IMG/VR virus record: IMGVR_UViG_3300025357_000001
Source of the DNA: an uncultured virus (IMG/VR IMGVR_UViG_3300025357_000001)
Taxonomy: Duplodnaviria > Heunggongvirae > Uroviricota > Caudoviricetes
Direction: 5' to 3' (one strand)
Length of the DNA stretch: 64,000 bases
Shown here: positions 43,183 through 52,853 of the stretch, one piece after another
Numbering within the stretch: the first letter of the stretch is position 1
Layout of the letters: each line of letters starts with the position of its first letter
The notes under the pieces: generated by a model
Seen by the model: only the letters and a program-made list of their open reading frames with translations
What the model was told of the DNA's origin: nothing
The model's database searches: none
Made by a program: the position numbers and the translations under genes

Positions 43183-43210
43183 AAGGGGGCCTTGCGCCCC
43201 CTTCGTTTTT
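43183..43210 (+). terminator. intrinsic terminator after the terS-like gene
   Basis: AAGGGGGC-cttgc-GCCCCCTT followed by CGTTTTT. Confidence 0.65.
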
Positions 43211-43225
43211 GCATTATTATATATA
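43210..43225 (+). promoter_or_regulatory. middle-class promoter (TGCATTAnTAT, no GGGCG)
   Basis: TTTTGCATTATTATA upstream of the nuclease-SSB operon; -35 position reads GCCTT. Confidence 0.65.
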
Positions 43226-43250
43226 GACTAAAACGAATTGAAAGAATAAG

Positions 43251-44384
43251 ATGACTGCACACGCATTACTCTCAGCTTCAGGCTCTAAACGGTGGTTAAC
43301 ATGCACCCCTAGCGCCAGACTCGAAGCGACACTCCCAGAACCCAAAAAAGCACCCGGATCGTTTGATTTTTCCCTAGAGGGCACAACTGCCCATACACTA
43401 GGTGAAATTAAGCTTCGTCAGTATTTTGGCCAGATCAGCACAGAGGAATTTGAAAGTGAATACCAAGCAATTAAACAATCACCCTTTTACGATGACGATT
43501 TCGAGGCTAACGTCGATAATTATGTTCTGTACGTTCGTTCTCAAATTGGTGAAGGCGATACTCCACTATTTGAACAACGCGTGGACTTCTCTGATTGGGT
43601 ACCTGACGGTTTTGGTACAGCCGATGTGGTTATACTTTCTAAACATTCCATTCGCGTCATCGACCTTAAGTTTGGAAAAGGAGTTCCAATCTCTGCAATC
43701 GACAACACGCAACTCCGCCTCTACGCGCTCGGTGCGTGGAGCAAGTTCAAAGAAGAATACCCAGAAATCAAAGAAGTCAGTTACACAATCCATCAGCCAA
43801 GGCTCGACTCAATCAGCACCGATGGCACCAGCATCAATAAACTCGTCGATTGGGCTAACTATTTCGTCAAACCAAAAGCCAAGAAAGCGTGGGCAGGCTC
43901 AGGCGAGTTCCTCCCCGGAGACCACTGCCAATTCTGCCGCGCCAAAGCGCAGTGCAGGGCGCGGTCGGACTTCAACACAGAGCTAGCACGTATTGAGTTC
44001 CGTCAACCAGCCTTGCTGACAGACGAAGAGTTTGAACAAGTATTAAGCAAAGCACAAAACTTACGCACTTGGGTTAATGATGTTGAAGAGTACGCTTTGG
44101 AGCAAGCAATTGAGCACAACAAAATTCCCCAAGGTTACAAGCTAGCCACATCAGTAACGCATCGCAAGATTTCTGACCACGCGTTAGCTGCAACGGTTTT
44201 AGTAGAAAAGGGTATGGATGAACAGGCAATCTGGGAGCCACGCAAACTAAAATCCATCGCCTCATTGGAAAAGCTAGGACCCAAAGGCCAAGTAACTGCT
44301 TGGTTAGGTGACTTGGTATTACGTCCAGAAGGCCAGCCAAAATTGGTACGAGCTAAAGAAACAGCTCAGGAAGATTTTAAATGA
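43251..44384 (+). CDS. DUF2800 / Cas4-like PD-(D/E)XK exonuclease
   Basis: HALLSASGSKRWL.C, EGT.AH, GFGTAD, IDLKFG, QLRLYALG, HCQFCRA...C. Confidence 0.85.
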   Translation: MTAHALLSASGSKRWLTCTPSARLEATLPEPKKAPGSFDFSLEGTTAHTLGEIKLRQYFGQISTEEFESEYQAIKQSPFYDDDFEANVDNYVLYVRSQIGEGDTPLFEQRVDFSDWVPDGFGTADVVILSKHSIRVIDLKFGKGVPISAIDNTQLRLYALGAWSKFKEEYPEIKEVSYTIHQPRLDSISTDGTSINKLVDWANYFVKPKAKKAWAGSGEFLPGDHCQFCRAKAQCRARSDFNTELARIEFRQPALLTDEEFEQVLSKAQNLRTWVNDVEEYALEQAIEHNKIPQGYKLATSVTHRKISDHALAATVLVEKGMDEQAIWEPRKLKSIASLEKLGPKGQVTAWLGDLVLRPEGQPKLVRAKETAQEDFK

Positions 44385-44632
44385 ACCGAAAAGACATTTC
44401 GGAACACTATCCTGAGTTGTTAGTACTAGATCCCGAATACTTTGATAAAGCCATCGTTGGAGTTGTAAACCGCATCAATACCGTTGCAGTTTGCTATAGT
44501 GAATCTAAAGTCATTGAGATACTAATGAACGAAGATGGTATGGATTACGAAGAGGCTGTTGAGTACTACCACTACAACATTCTTGGTAGTTGGAATGGCG
44601 AACATACACCAGTCTTTTTGGAGGAATTATGA
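44381..44632 (+). CDS. hypothetical protein
   Basis: FDKAIVG...EEAVEY..YNILG...TPVF conserved phage pattern. Confidence 0.65.
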   Translation: MNRKDISEHYPELLVLDPEYFDKAIVGVVNRINTVAVCYSESKVIEILMNEDGMDYEEAVEYYHYNILGSWNGEHTPVFLEEL

Positions 44633-44772
44633 GCACATGGTTAGTTGCAGCAATGGGTTTGGTTTATTTTGTAGTGGCGATAGACCAAGTCATCAAAGGA
44701 GCCCCTTGGTTTGGTGTCATGTTTTTAGGATATGCTATCGGTAACTTAGGCTTAACAATGCAGGTAAAATAA
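44629..44772 (+). CDS. small two-TM membrane protein
   Basis: start MSTWL after GGAGG; GYAIGNLGL. Confidence 0.55.
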   Translation: MSTWLVAAMGLVYFVVAIDQVIKGAPWFGVMFLGYAIGNLGLTMQVK

Positions 44773-44786
44773 TAAGAAAGCCCATA

Positions 44787-45044
44787 ATGGAAATAGATTG
44801 TCATGGTATAACTTTTGATGTTCCAGAAATATTAATAGAGAAGTATGCAAGCGATTTTGAAGGTTTGGTTGGAGGGGATCATCGGGAGTCTGTCATGCAG
44901 CTCCGCGACTCATCGGCTGAAATAATTAATTTGATTGCAGAAAATCCAGATTTGCTGCATAATGTGTACAACCAAGCAGATTTCATTAAAAGTTTGGCAA
45001 TTCGAACAGCACTATCAAAACATGGTATACTGTTTGATGCGTAG
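44787..45044 (+). CDS. hypothetical protein
   Basis: ORF in operon orientation. Confidence 0.5.
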   Translation: MEIDCHGITFDVPEILIEKYASDFEGLVGGDHRESVMQLRDSSAEIINLIAENPDLLHNVYNQADFIKSLAIRTALSKHGILFDA

Positions 45045-45107
45045 TAAGGGTAGACGAACTGGCCCCTATTGAAGTCCAGTTCTTATGTTAAAAAGGTAAT
45101 ATTTATT

Positions 45108-45629
45108 ATGGCAACAGCTAGCACAAAAGTAAAAGTAGTAACTGGTAAAGTACGTTTCTCTTATGCCAATGTTTTCCAACCAAAAGCATCGGTCGAAGGT
45201 GGCGTTCCTAAGTACTCCGTATCTATCATCATTCCTAAGTCTGATAAAGATACAGTTGCTCGTTTACAAAAAGCATTTGAAGAAACCAAAACTGCCAATG
45301 CAGCTTTCTTCGGTGGTTCAGTACCTAAGAACCTCAAAGGCGGTTTGCGTGATGGCGATGCAGAGAAGGATGATCCAGTATATGCTGGTTGCTACTTCAT
45401 TAACGCAAACTCTGCTCAGAAGCCCGGTGTTGTTGATTCTGAAATGAATCCAATCATCGACTCTGATGAGTTTTACAGCGGTTGCTATGGTCGTGCTTCA
45501 GTAACATTCTACCCATACAATGCACAAGGTTCTAAGGGTATTGCATGCGGTTTGAATAACCTACAGAAGATGGAAGATGGAGAGAAATTGGGCGGCGGCA
45601 CAACTGCTGCAGCTGATTTCGCGGTGTAA
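45108..45629 (+). CDS. single-stranded DNA-binding protein (DUF2815, T7 gp2.5-like)
   Basis: VRFSYANVF, KYSVSIIIPK, LRDGD, FYSGCYGRA, GIACGLNN, ends ADFAV; start after AAAGGT. Confidence 0.88.
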   Translation: MATASTKVKVVTGKVRFSYANVFQPKASVEGGVPKYSVSIIIPKSDKDTVARLQKAFEETKTANAAFFGGSVPKNLKGGLRDGDAEKDDPVYAGCYFINANSAQKPGVVDSEMNPIIDSDEFYSGCYGRASVTFYPYNAQGSKGIACGLNNLQKMEDGEKLGGGTTAAADFAV

Positions 45630-45787
45630 TCATGGAACAGTTTAAAGCCCAATTACTCGCATTTTTGACCAAAGTTCTTGGTCCAAAATATCCAGCTTTT
45701 CCAGTAAAAAGAGCAGCACGGAAACCAGCAGTAAAGAAGTCGGTTTCTAAGAAAGTAGCAAAGAAGTAAATCCTTTCATTGTAGTAC

Positions 45788-45824
45788 AAGGGAGTGTCCG
45801 TAGAAACTGCGGCCTCCCTTTTTT
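45788..45824 (+). terminator. intrinsic terminator
   Basis: AAGGGAG...CTCCCTT followed by T tract. Confidence 0.6.
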
Positions 45825-45838
45825 ACCCTTAGAACACT

Positions 45839-46672
45839 ATGCCAAAAATTCTCATTATGGGTTTGCCCGGTTCTGGTAAGACAACACTAGCTGGCGAACT
45901 TAAAAAATATCTCGAGCAAAACGGTTCCATCAATTACAATCGTGCACTTATGGAGCCCTTTGATTCAAACGTACAAGTAAATTGGTTTAATGCTGATGAT
46001 GTGCGTCGTAAATATAACGACTGGGACTTCAGTAAAGAAGGCCGTATTCGCCAAAGTTTACGCATGTTGCAGTTTGCTATGGAATCTGGTGGCGATTATG
46101 TGATCTGTGACTTCGTAGCGCCTTTGGTTGAGCAACGCAATAACTTTAAAGCCGATTGGACTATCTGGATGGATACCATTCGTGAAGGTCGATACGCAGA
46201 TACCAACGCAGCATTTGTGGAACCAGAGGTTTACGATTTTAGAATCACAGAACAAAATGCAGTAAAGTGGGCTGAGTTCATTGGCGAGCATATTATTGCA
46301 AACCGCAGACGACCAACGTTTGATTGGAAAAAAGAAACAGTCCAGATGTTAGGTCGTTGGCAACCTTGGCACGATGGCCATCGTGCTTTGTTTGATCGAG
46401 CTATCAGCAAGACAGGGCAAGTTGTTATTCAGATCCGCGACTGTCAGGGCTGGCAAGGTAGCAATCCTTTTGCTATCGAGCAAGTTAAGAGTTTTATTCG
46501 TAGAGATTTGGATCCGCTGTATCAAGGTCAATACGAAATTCAAATCGTACCAAATATTGTTAACATCACTTATGGTCGTGATGTCGGTTATAAAATTGAG
46601 AAGGAGGAGTTTGATAAAACAGTAACAGATATTAGCGCAACCAAAATTAGAAAGAATTTAGGAATTGCCTAA
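45839..46672 (+). CDS. adenylyl-sulfate kinase-like P-loop domain fused to a HxGH nucleotidyltransferase domain
   Basis: GLPGSGKTT, NADDVR...DFSKEGR, ICDFVAP; LGRWQPWHDGH ... ISATKIR. Confidence 0.75.
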   Translation: MPKILIMGLPGSGKTTLAGELKKYLEQNGSINYNRALMEPFDSNVQVNWFNADDVRRKYNDWDFSKEGRIRQSLRMLQFAMESGGDYVICDFVAPLVEQRNNFKADWTIWMDTIREGRYADTNAAFVEPEVYDFRITEQNAVKWAEFIGEHIIANRRRPTFDWKKETVQMLGRWQPWHDGHRALFDRAISKTGQVVIQIRDCQGWQGSNPFAIEQVKSFIRRDLDPLYQGQYEIQIVPNIVNITYGRDVGYKIEKEEFDKTVTDISATKIRKNLGIA

Positions 46673-46856
46673 GATATTGATTAAAACGCTGACTTGGCGT
46701 TTAGTGGGATCTCTTTCTACTTTTTCAATATCTTACGTTATTACTGGACAGATGCTTATGTCCAGTAATATAGCAATAACCCAAATGGCAGTAAACACCG
46801 TTTTATACTATCTGCACGAAACTGTGTGGGTAAAATTTAATCAACCATATAACTAG
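46665..46856 (+). CDS. DUF2061-like small membrane protein
   Basis: KTLTWR...LYYLHE.VW. Confidence 0.7.
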   Translation: MPKILIKTLTWRLVGSLSTFSISYVITGQMLMSSNIAITQMAVNTVLYYLHETVWVKFNQPYN

Positions 46857-46865
46857 AAAGACACC

Positions 46866-48740
46866 ATGGATCAGTACAGAGAATACATTGCAGCCAGCCG
46901 TTATGCCCGTTACATTGACGAAAAAGGTCAACGTGAAAACTGGGGAGAAACAGTTGACCGCTTTGTTGACTACATTTTTAGTCGTACACCAGCCCTAGCT
47001 GAAAAAGCAGAATTGAAAACCGAAATTCGTAGTGCTATTTTTAACCATGAAGTTATGCCGTCCATGCGCGCCATGATGACGGCAGGAAAGAGTGCCGATC
47101 GTGATAACACCTGTGTCTATAATTGCTCGTATCTCCCAGTGGATGACCCCAAAAGCTTTGACGAAGCGATGTTCATTTTGCTTTGCGGAACTGGTGTTGG
47201 ATTCTCAGTTGAATCCAAGTACATTAACCGTTTGCCCGAAGTGCCAGAAAACTTGTTTGATTCAGAGCACACCATCGTCGTACACGACAGCAAAGAAGGA
47301 TGGGCAAAAAGCCTACGTTTACTTCTCGCGCATTTGTGGGCAGGAGAAATTCCAAGATGGGATGTATCTGCTGTCAGACCTGCCGGAGCACGACTCAAAA
47401 CATTTGGTGGAAGAGCTTCCGGGCCAGAACCATTAGTAGATTTATTTAACTTTACTGTTAACACTTTTAAACATGCACAAGGTCGCAAGCTAAACAGCTT
47501 AGAGTGTCACGACTTGATGTGCAAAATTGGTGAGGTAGTTGTGGTCGGTGGTGTACGCCGCTCTGCAATGATCTCGTTATCTGATCTTGATGATGAAAGG
47601 ATTCGTCATGCTAAAGCTGGACCATGGTGGGAAACAGCACCTCATCGTGCACTCGCCAACAACAGTGCGGTTTATAATGAGACTCCTACGGTGGGGAAAT
47701 TTATGGAAGAGTGGCTCTCGCTATATAACTCCCACTCTGGTGAACGGGGAATATTTAATCGTGAAGCCGCTAAAAAAACCGTGGAGAAATACGGACACCG
47801 TGATCCTAATTTCGAATTTGGAACAAATCCGTGCTCTGAAATCATTCTTCGACCTTATCAATTTTGCAATTTAACAGAAGCGGTGGTAAGACATGACGAT
47901 ACTAAAGAGACCCTTTTGTCTAAAGTACGCGTGGCCACGATACTCGGAACAATACAATCAACTTTTACCAAATTCCCTTATTTGCGTAAACTGTGGCAAA
48001 GAAATACGGAAGAGGAAAGATTACTCGGTGTGTCGCTTACAGGAATCTTTGATAGCACAAGACTATGTACTCAAGGAGAAAAACTAGATGAATTACTCAA
48101 CGAATTACGCGAAGTTGCAAGAGCAACAAATAAAGAATGGGCTGCAATTTTACAAATCCCTGAAAGCGCAGCCATCACTTGCGTCAAACCAAGCGGAACA
48201 GTATCTCAGCTCGTTGACAGCGCTAGTGGAATCCATCCAAGACATTCTAAATACTATATCCGTAGAGTGCGTGGAGACAAAAAAGATCCCCTCAGCCAAT
48301 TCTTGGTCGCCCAAGGAGTGCCAGCCGAAGACTGCGTTTACAAGCCAACACAAACAACAGTTTTTAGCTTCCCTCAAAAAGCACCTGATGGACTTACAAG
48401 AGAAGACGTTACGCCAATCAGCCACCTTGAACTCTGGCTTACCTATCAAAGACAATGGTGTGAGCACAAACCCTCAGTCACCATCTCTGTCGAAGAAAAG
48501 GATTGGCCGGCGGTTGGAGCGTGGGTTTGGGAACACTTCGACGAGATCTCTGGAGTTTCGTTCCTACCGTATGACGGTGGAACTTATAGACAGGCTCCGT
48601 ATGAAGAGTGCACCCAAGAACAATACGAAGAGTTAAAGGCCAAAATGCCTGTAATTAATTGGTCTGCATTTAAAGAAGAAACAGACAACGTAGAGGGCGC
48701 GCAGATGTTAGCATGTTCTGCCGGTGTCTGTGAGATCTGA
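46866..48740 (+). CDS. nrdJ: class II (adenosylcobalamin-dependent) ribonucleotide reductase
   Basis: PSMRAM, YNC, GTGVGFS, GGVRRSA, TNPCSEI, TCVKPSGT, C-terminal CxxxxC; no small subunit nearby. Confidence 0.88.
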   Translation: MDQYREYIAASRYARYIDEKGQRENWGETVDRFVDYIFSRTPALAEKAELKTEIRSAIFNHEVMPSMRAMMTAGKSADRDNTCVYNCSYLPVDDPKSFDEAMFILLCGTGVGFSVESKYINRLPEVPENLFDSEHTIVVHDSKEGWAKSLRLLLAHLWAGEIPRWDVSAVRPAGARLKTFGGRASGPEPLVDLFNFTVNTFKHAQGRKLNSLECHDLMCKIGEVVVVGGVRRSAMISLSDLDDERIRHAKAGPWWETAPHRALANNSAVYNETPTVGKFMEEWLSLYNSHSGERGIFNREAAKKTVEKYGHRDPNFEFGTNPCSEIILRPYQFCNLTEAVVRHDDTKETLLSKVRVATILGTIQSTFTKFPYLRKLWQRNTEEERLLGVSLTGIFDSTRLCTQGEKLDELLNELREVARATNKEWAAILQIPESAAITCVKPSGTVSQLVDSASGIHPRHSKYYIRRVRGDKKDPLSQFLVAQGVPAEDCVYKPTQTTVFSFPQKAPDGLTREDVTPISHLELWLTYQRQWCEHKPSVTISVEEKDWPAVGAWVWEHFDEISGVSFLPYDGGTYRQAPYEECTQEQYEELKAKMPVINWSAFKEETDNVEGAQMLACSAGVCEI

Positions 48741-48743
48741 CCC

Positions 48744-48938
48744 ATGGGCTTGTCCCCCATTAAACCTTATGAATTGGAACCTAGCTTGGATGTGGAAGTC
48801 AAATCTCCCTGCAACGGTATCTGTCGCCTCGACTTTTTTGACATATGTAAAGGATGCAAACGAACCCGGGCGGAGATTTCTAAATGGTATGCTATGTCCA
48901 ACGATGAGAAAAACGCAGTAATCAACAGACTTAAATAG
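48744..48938 (+). CDS. DUF1289-like Cys-rich protein
   Basis: SPCNGIC...CKGCKRT..EI..W. Confidence 0.75.
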   Translation: MGLSPIKPYELEPSLDVEVKSPCNGICRLDFFDICKGCKRTRAEISKWYAMSNDEKNAVINRLK

Positions 48939-48956
48939 ATGACATGGTGGTGACTT

Positions 48957-48984
48957 GGGGCGGCTTGTACAGCGCCCCTTTTTT
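48957..48984 (+). terminator. intrinsic terminator
   Basis: GGGGCG...CGCCCC followed by T6. Confidence 0.7.
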
Positions 48985-49034
48985 ATGCTACACTACCTGT
49001 TCCGCCGATACGTCGGCTTGCCATAGGAGCACTT

Positions 49035-50966
49035 ATGATTTACAGCATTGACTTTGAGACCCGCAGTAAGGCCAACCTACCCGATGTAGGCTTGGACATC
49101 TACGCCAACGACCCCACAACAGAAGTGTTGTGTATTGCGTTCGGCACCCAACCTGACGATGTGTTAGTAACCGACAAAGTTAATAACCCACACTACGGGC
49201 ATTTTTTATCTAAATTATTAGACCATGTTGCCAACGGTGGCAAAATCCAAGCATGGAACGCCATGTTCGAGTACGCCATCTGGAACTGCGTCTGTGTGCC
49301 TAAGTACGGTTGGCCGCCACTAAAGCTCGAGCAGGTGATTGACTCGATGGCCATAGCAGCAGCCAACAACGTGCCACAGTCTCTTGATGAGGCCGGTACC
49401 TTTATGGATGCCGCCCATAAAAAAGACGCCATAGGCGCCCGTTTGATTCAAAAGTTATGTAAACCCAATAGGAAAGGAGAGTATGAAGATGATCCAGAGT
49501 TACTCGCCCAGTTATTTAAGTACTGTGCCCAAGACGTTAGAACTGAAATGGCAATCGTCAGGCTCCTGCGTCCCCTTGCAGCCTCTGAGCAGAATGTATG
49601 GGAGCTTACACAACGGATTAACCTGCGTGGTGTGCCAGTGGATCCAAACGAGCTCCAGAACGCCGTAAAAGCAGTCGGTGAGGCTCAGGCCTTAATTGAT
49701 GAGGAATGCGTCTCCTTGACCGGTTTTAAGCCGTCTGAGAGGGCTAAATTGTTGAGTTGGTTAAATCAATATCTAACAGAGCCACTAGATGATTTGACCG
49801 CAGAGACCGTTGAAAAAATGCTGCAACGCAGCAATTTAAAGCAACCCATAAAGCGTGTGTTAGAGTTAAGACAAGAAGGAAGCCAGACTAGCGTGGCTAA
49901 GTACGCTAAGATGATGGAGATACAACGAGATGGTCGTATTAGAAATACTTTGGTTTATCACGGTGCGAGTACTGGTCGCTGGGCTTCTCGCGGTGGACTT
50001 AATCTTCAGAACATTGCACGACCTACTTTGGGCGATGAACAAATTGCACTTGCGATACCTAAAGTTTTTGGGGAAGGTGTTGGTACGATGGACGAGTTAT
50101 CCAGCTTGGTGCGTTCCGCTATTAGTGCGCCAGATGGACAAACCTTCGTGGACGTCGATTTTTCATCCATCGAGAATAGGGTCGGCGTTTGGCTTGCGGG
50201 ACAAAAAGACAAAGTCGAGTTGTTCCGGAAAGGATTAGATGAGTATAAAGTCTTCGCTTCAGAAAGCTTATATCAAGTCGATTATGATCAAGTCACGAAG
50301 GATCAACGTCAGGTATCAAAATCAGCTGTCCTCGGTGCGATGTTTGGTCAAGGTGCTAAAGGTCTTGTTAGGTATGCTGAAGGGATGGGTGTCAAACTTA
50401 GTGAAGAGCAAGCCCAAGACGCGGTAAGTAATTACCGAAAGTCCTATGCCAAAGTAAAGAATCTTTGGTATGAGTGTGAGGCTGCTGCAATTGAGGCAGT
50501 ACGTAATGAAGGTACTGCGTTTGAGGCGGGGAAAAGATTGCGGATTAAGTGCGCCAAGAAGGTGCTACACATGACATTACCGAGCGGTAGGATTATCCGT
50601 TGGCAAGAGCCCAAGGTCGATTTGTTCCCAACTCCATGGGGTGAAGAGAAACTTGGCATCAGTGTCAGGAGTCAAAACACTTTCACTCGGCAGTGGACTA
50701 ATAACCAGCTTATTGGTAGTAGCATCTTCCAATCCGCTGTTCAGGGTACGGCTCGCGATTTCTTGGCGTTTGCTATGATAGAGCTCGAGCGAGCTGGCTA
50801 TGAGATTATTAACTGCATCCATGACGAGGTGCTGCTCCTAGTGGAAGAACAAAACGGGCAGTCCGCGCTAGATAATGTAGTTACAATAATGACTACACCA
50901 CCAGCATGGGCTGCCGATTTTCCTCTTGCTGCCGAGGGGTGGCATGGAAAACGTTACAGGAAGTGA
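49035..50966 (+). CDS. polA: family A DNA polymerase
   Basis: 3'-5' exo IDFET, TGRW, motif A DFSSIE, motif B K...LG..FG, motif C IHDE. Confidence 0.92.
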   Translation: MIYSIDFETRSKANLPDVGLDIYANDPTTEVLCIAFGTQPDDVLVTDKVNNPHYGHFLSKLLDHVANGGKIQAWNAMFEYAIWNCVCVPKYGWPPLKLEQVIDSMAIAAANNVPQSLDEAGTFMDAAHKKDAIGARLIQKLCKPNRKGEYEDDPELLAQLFKYCAQDVRTEMAIVRLLRPLAASEQNVWELTQRINLRGVPVDPNELQNAVKAVGEAQALIDEECVSLTGFKPSERAKLLSWLNQYLTEPLDDLTAETVEKMLQRSNLKQPIKRVLELRQEGSQTSVAKYAKMMEIQRDGRIRNTLVYHGASTGRWASRGGLNLQNIARPTLGDEQIALAIPKVFGEGVGTMDELSSLVRSAISAPDGQTFVDVDFSSIENRVGVWLAGQKDKVELFRKGLDEYKVFASESLYQVDYDQVTKDQRQVSKSAVLGAMFGQGAKGLVRYAEGMGVKLSEEQAQDAVSNYRKSYAKVKNLWYECEAAAIEAVRNEGTAFEAGKRLRIKCAKKVLHMTLPSGRIIRWQEPKVDLFPTPWGEEKLGISVRSQNTFTRQWTNNQLIGSSIFQSAVQGTARDFLAFAMIELERAGYEIINCIHDEVLLLVEEQNGQSALDNVVTIMTTPPAWAADFPLAAEGWHGKRYRK

Positions 50967-52853
50967 TTACTTCTCAAACAAAGTTTTTAATATGTCCAAT
51001 GCAGAGTTTGCATAGCTTTGGTCGGAGTGTTTGTTAACCTCAGCAGCATCACGCATCTTTTGCATAGCTTTTAAAAAACCAGACCGTTTGTCTTCATCTT
51101 GAGCCATCATTTTAGGTTCAAGGGGGCGAACAGTTTGGTGGTAGTAATTTAATTGCTCTGGGGTTTGTAATACTGCTTTACCAACTTTGGTATCAGCAAA
51201 ACGCTGACCACGTGGCAATGCAGCCTCAACACCAGCAAAGTCAGCAAAGCGCTCATCAGAAGGAACATGGCGGCTATTAGCATATCCACCTAAATCACTA
51301 GAGTATTTACTTTCGCGATCAACACCCTGCATAAACTTTTGGAAGTTTTCTTCTATTGCTTTTCTAGTATCACTAGCGCCAGCACCAGCTGACTGTCTTT
51401 CTAAAGCTTGCAAAAAAGAATCATTTTTAGAATCGTTGCGTTTGGCAATATCAGCATCGTGTTCTTGACTATGCTGGGCTTCGTGACCCAACACTTGAGC
51501 ACCTTGATGTGGGCCTGTCATGTATGGAGCAACATAAACTTTTGATGGTTCTTGCCAACGATATAAACCTAAAGCACCTTCACCGACATCTGGCATAGAT
51601 GCATTAATTTCTTTTACACCTTTAGTGTAATTAGGATCGCTAAGGTTAATACCTTTTGCCAAAGCTTGGTCTAGGTTATTTTTAACATCCCAAACAGCAT
51701 TTTCGCTACCAGTGATTTCTGGCAAATCAGATGTGCTTTTGCCACCAGCTAGATGAGCTAGACCACCTTTGCGTAAATGAACAAACTTGGCAAACTTTGG
51801 ATGAGACTTGGCAAACTCATCTAAATAAGAGTTTGCCACAGGAGCTGCAATACCAGCAGCGCCGCCAATAATCATGGCTTGTGGGATGCGTGTCATAGAA
51901 GCAACATCACCAGCAGCACCAAGGCCAGAAATCAAACCACGAATGTACTGACCTTGCTTTGCACGTTGGTAGGCATCATGTGCCCCTACGCCGGCTCCAA
52001 AGCCTCCTACAGCGCGTAATGCGAGGTTAGCATAGGGTAGCCCTGTCACACCTTTTGCAACCTTACCAGCGGCCTCTACAGCAGGCGAGGAGGCTAATTG
52101 TCCAAGCTTAGATTCTGCAATGGCTTGTTTGATTGCATTGATTGGGGTATCTTTTAAACTAGCAGCTTTTGCTAATCTTTCTGCGCGAGTTGCACCAGCA
52201 GCTGCGCCAGCTTCTTGAGCACCAACAGCAGCTTCTCTGGCGGCATCTCTAGCAGCACGTTTCATAGCCCATTCTTGTTCAGCTTGTTTAGCTGCTTGAT
52301 CTTTGGCGGTTTGATTAGCTACATCGGTAGGTTGCAAAATCAAACTGTTGCCCGGAGCAGTAAAACCTTTGGTCTCTAAAGCCGCTTGGTCAACTGCATT
52401 TTTAAGAATCTGATCTACGTTATGAGTTGCATTTTTAACCGCGCCCTGACCAGCACCATAAGGACTAAAATATTCACCAGCTTGTGGTGCAATGGTTGGG
52501 TTTACTGGCGGGGCAGTTGGAGCAGTAGGTTTAATATCTTGTGCTGCAGACATTAAATTCTGAGTTACACGATCACCAACCACCTCTGGTGTGGCAAATG
52601 TTTTAGCAGGGTTTGGTGTAAAAGCTTCTGCAATCTTAGGAGCGTTTGCTTCTAATGCTTTGCCGCCACCAAAAGTAGCCGCACCACTTCCAATTAAGCC
52701 CGGAATAAAACTGCTAGTTGGCTGATAAGGCTTTTCCGCTGGCGCATGTTTTGGCATGGTGTCCAAGTAGGAACGAAGCCTATTAACGGACTCAGTATCA
52801 CCAGCAGCATCAGCTTGCCTTATGGCTTCATAAATTTCGTTATTGTCGGCCAT
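50967..52853 (-). CDS. internal virion / ejection protein with C-terminal HExxH domain
   Basis: Ala/Gly-rich; VLGHEAQH; last gene of the ejection cluster. Confidence 0.55.
   Translation of the reverse strand: MADNNEIYEAIRQADAAGDTESVNRLRSYLDTMPKHAPAEKPYQPTSSFIPGLIGSGAATFGGGKALEANAPKIAEAFTPNPAKTFATPEVVGDRVTQNLMSAAQDIKPTAPTAPPVNPTIAPQAGEYFSPYGAGQGAVKNATHNVDQILKNAVDQAALETKGFTAPGNSLILQPTDVANQTAKDQAAKQAEQEWAMKRAARDAAREAAVGAQEAGAAAGATRAERLAKAASLKDTPINAIKQAIAESKLGQLASSPAVEAAGKVAKGVTGLPYANLALRAVGGFGAGVGAHDAYQRAKQGQYIRGLISGLGAAGDVASMTRIPQAMIIGGAAGIAAPVANSYLDEFAKSHPKFAKFVHLRKGGLAHLAGGKSTSDLPEITGSENAVWDVKNNLDQALAKGINLSDPNYTKGVKEINASMPDVGEGALGLYRWQEPSKVYVAPYMTGPHQGAQVLGHEAQHSQEHDADIAKRNDSKNDSFLQALERQSAGAGASDTRKAIEENFQKFMQGVDRESKYSSDLGGYANSRHVPSDERFADFAGVEAALPRGQRFADTKVGKAVLQTPEQLNYYHQTVRPLEPKMMAQDEDKRSGFLKAMQKMRDAAEVNKHSDQSYANSALDILKTLFEK

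Noticed and set aside
43251..44384. Cas4-like gene as evidence of CRISPR-Cas
   Set aside because: DUF2800-type nucleases are standard in this SSB/PolA replication module; no cas1 or array present
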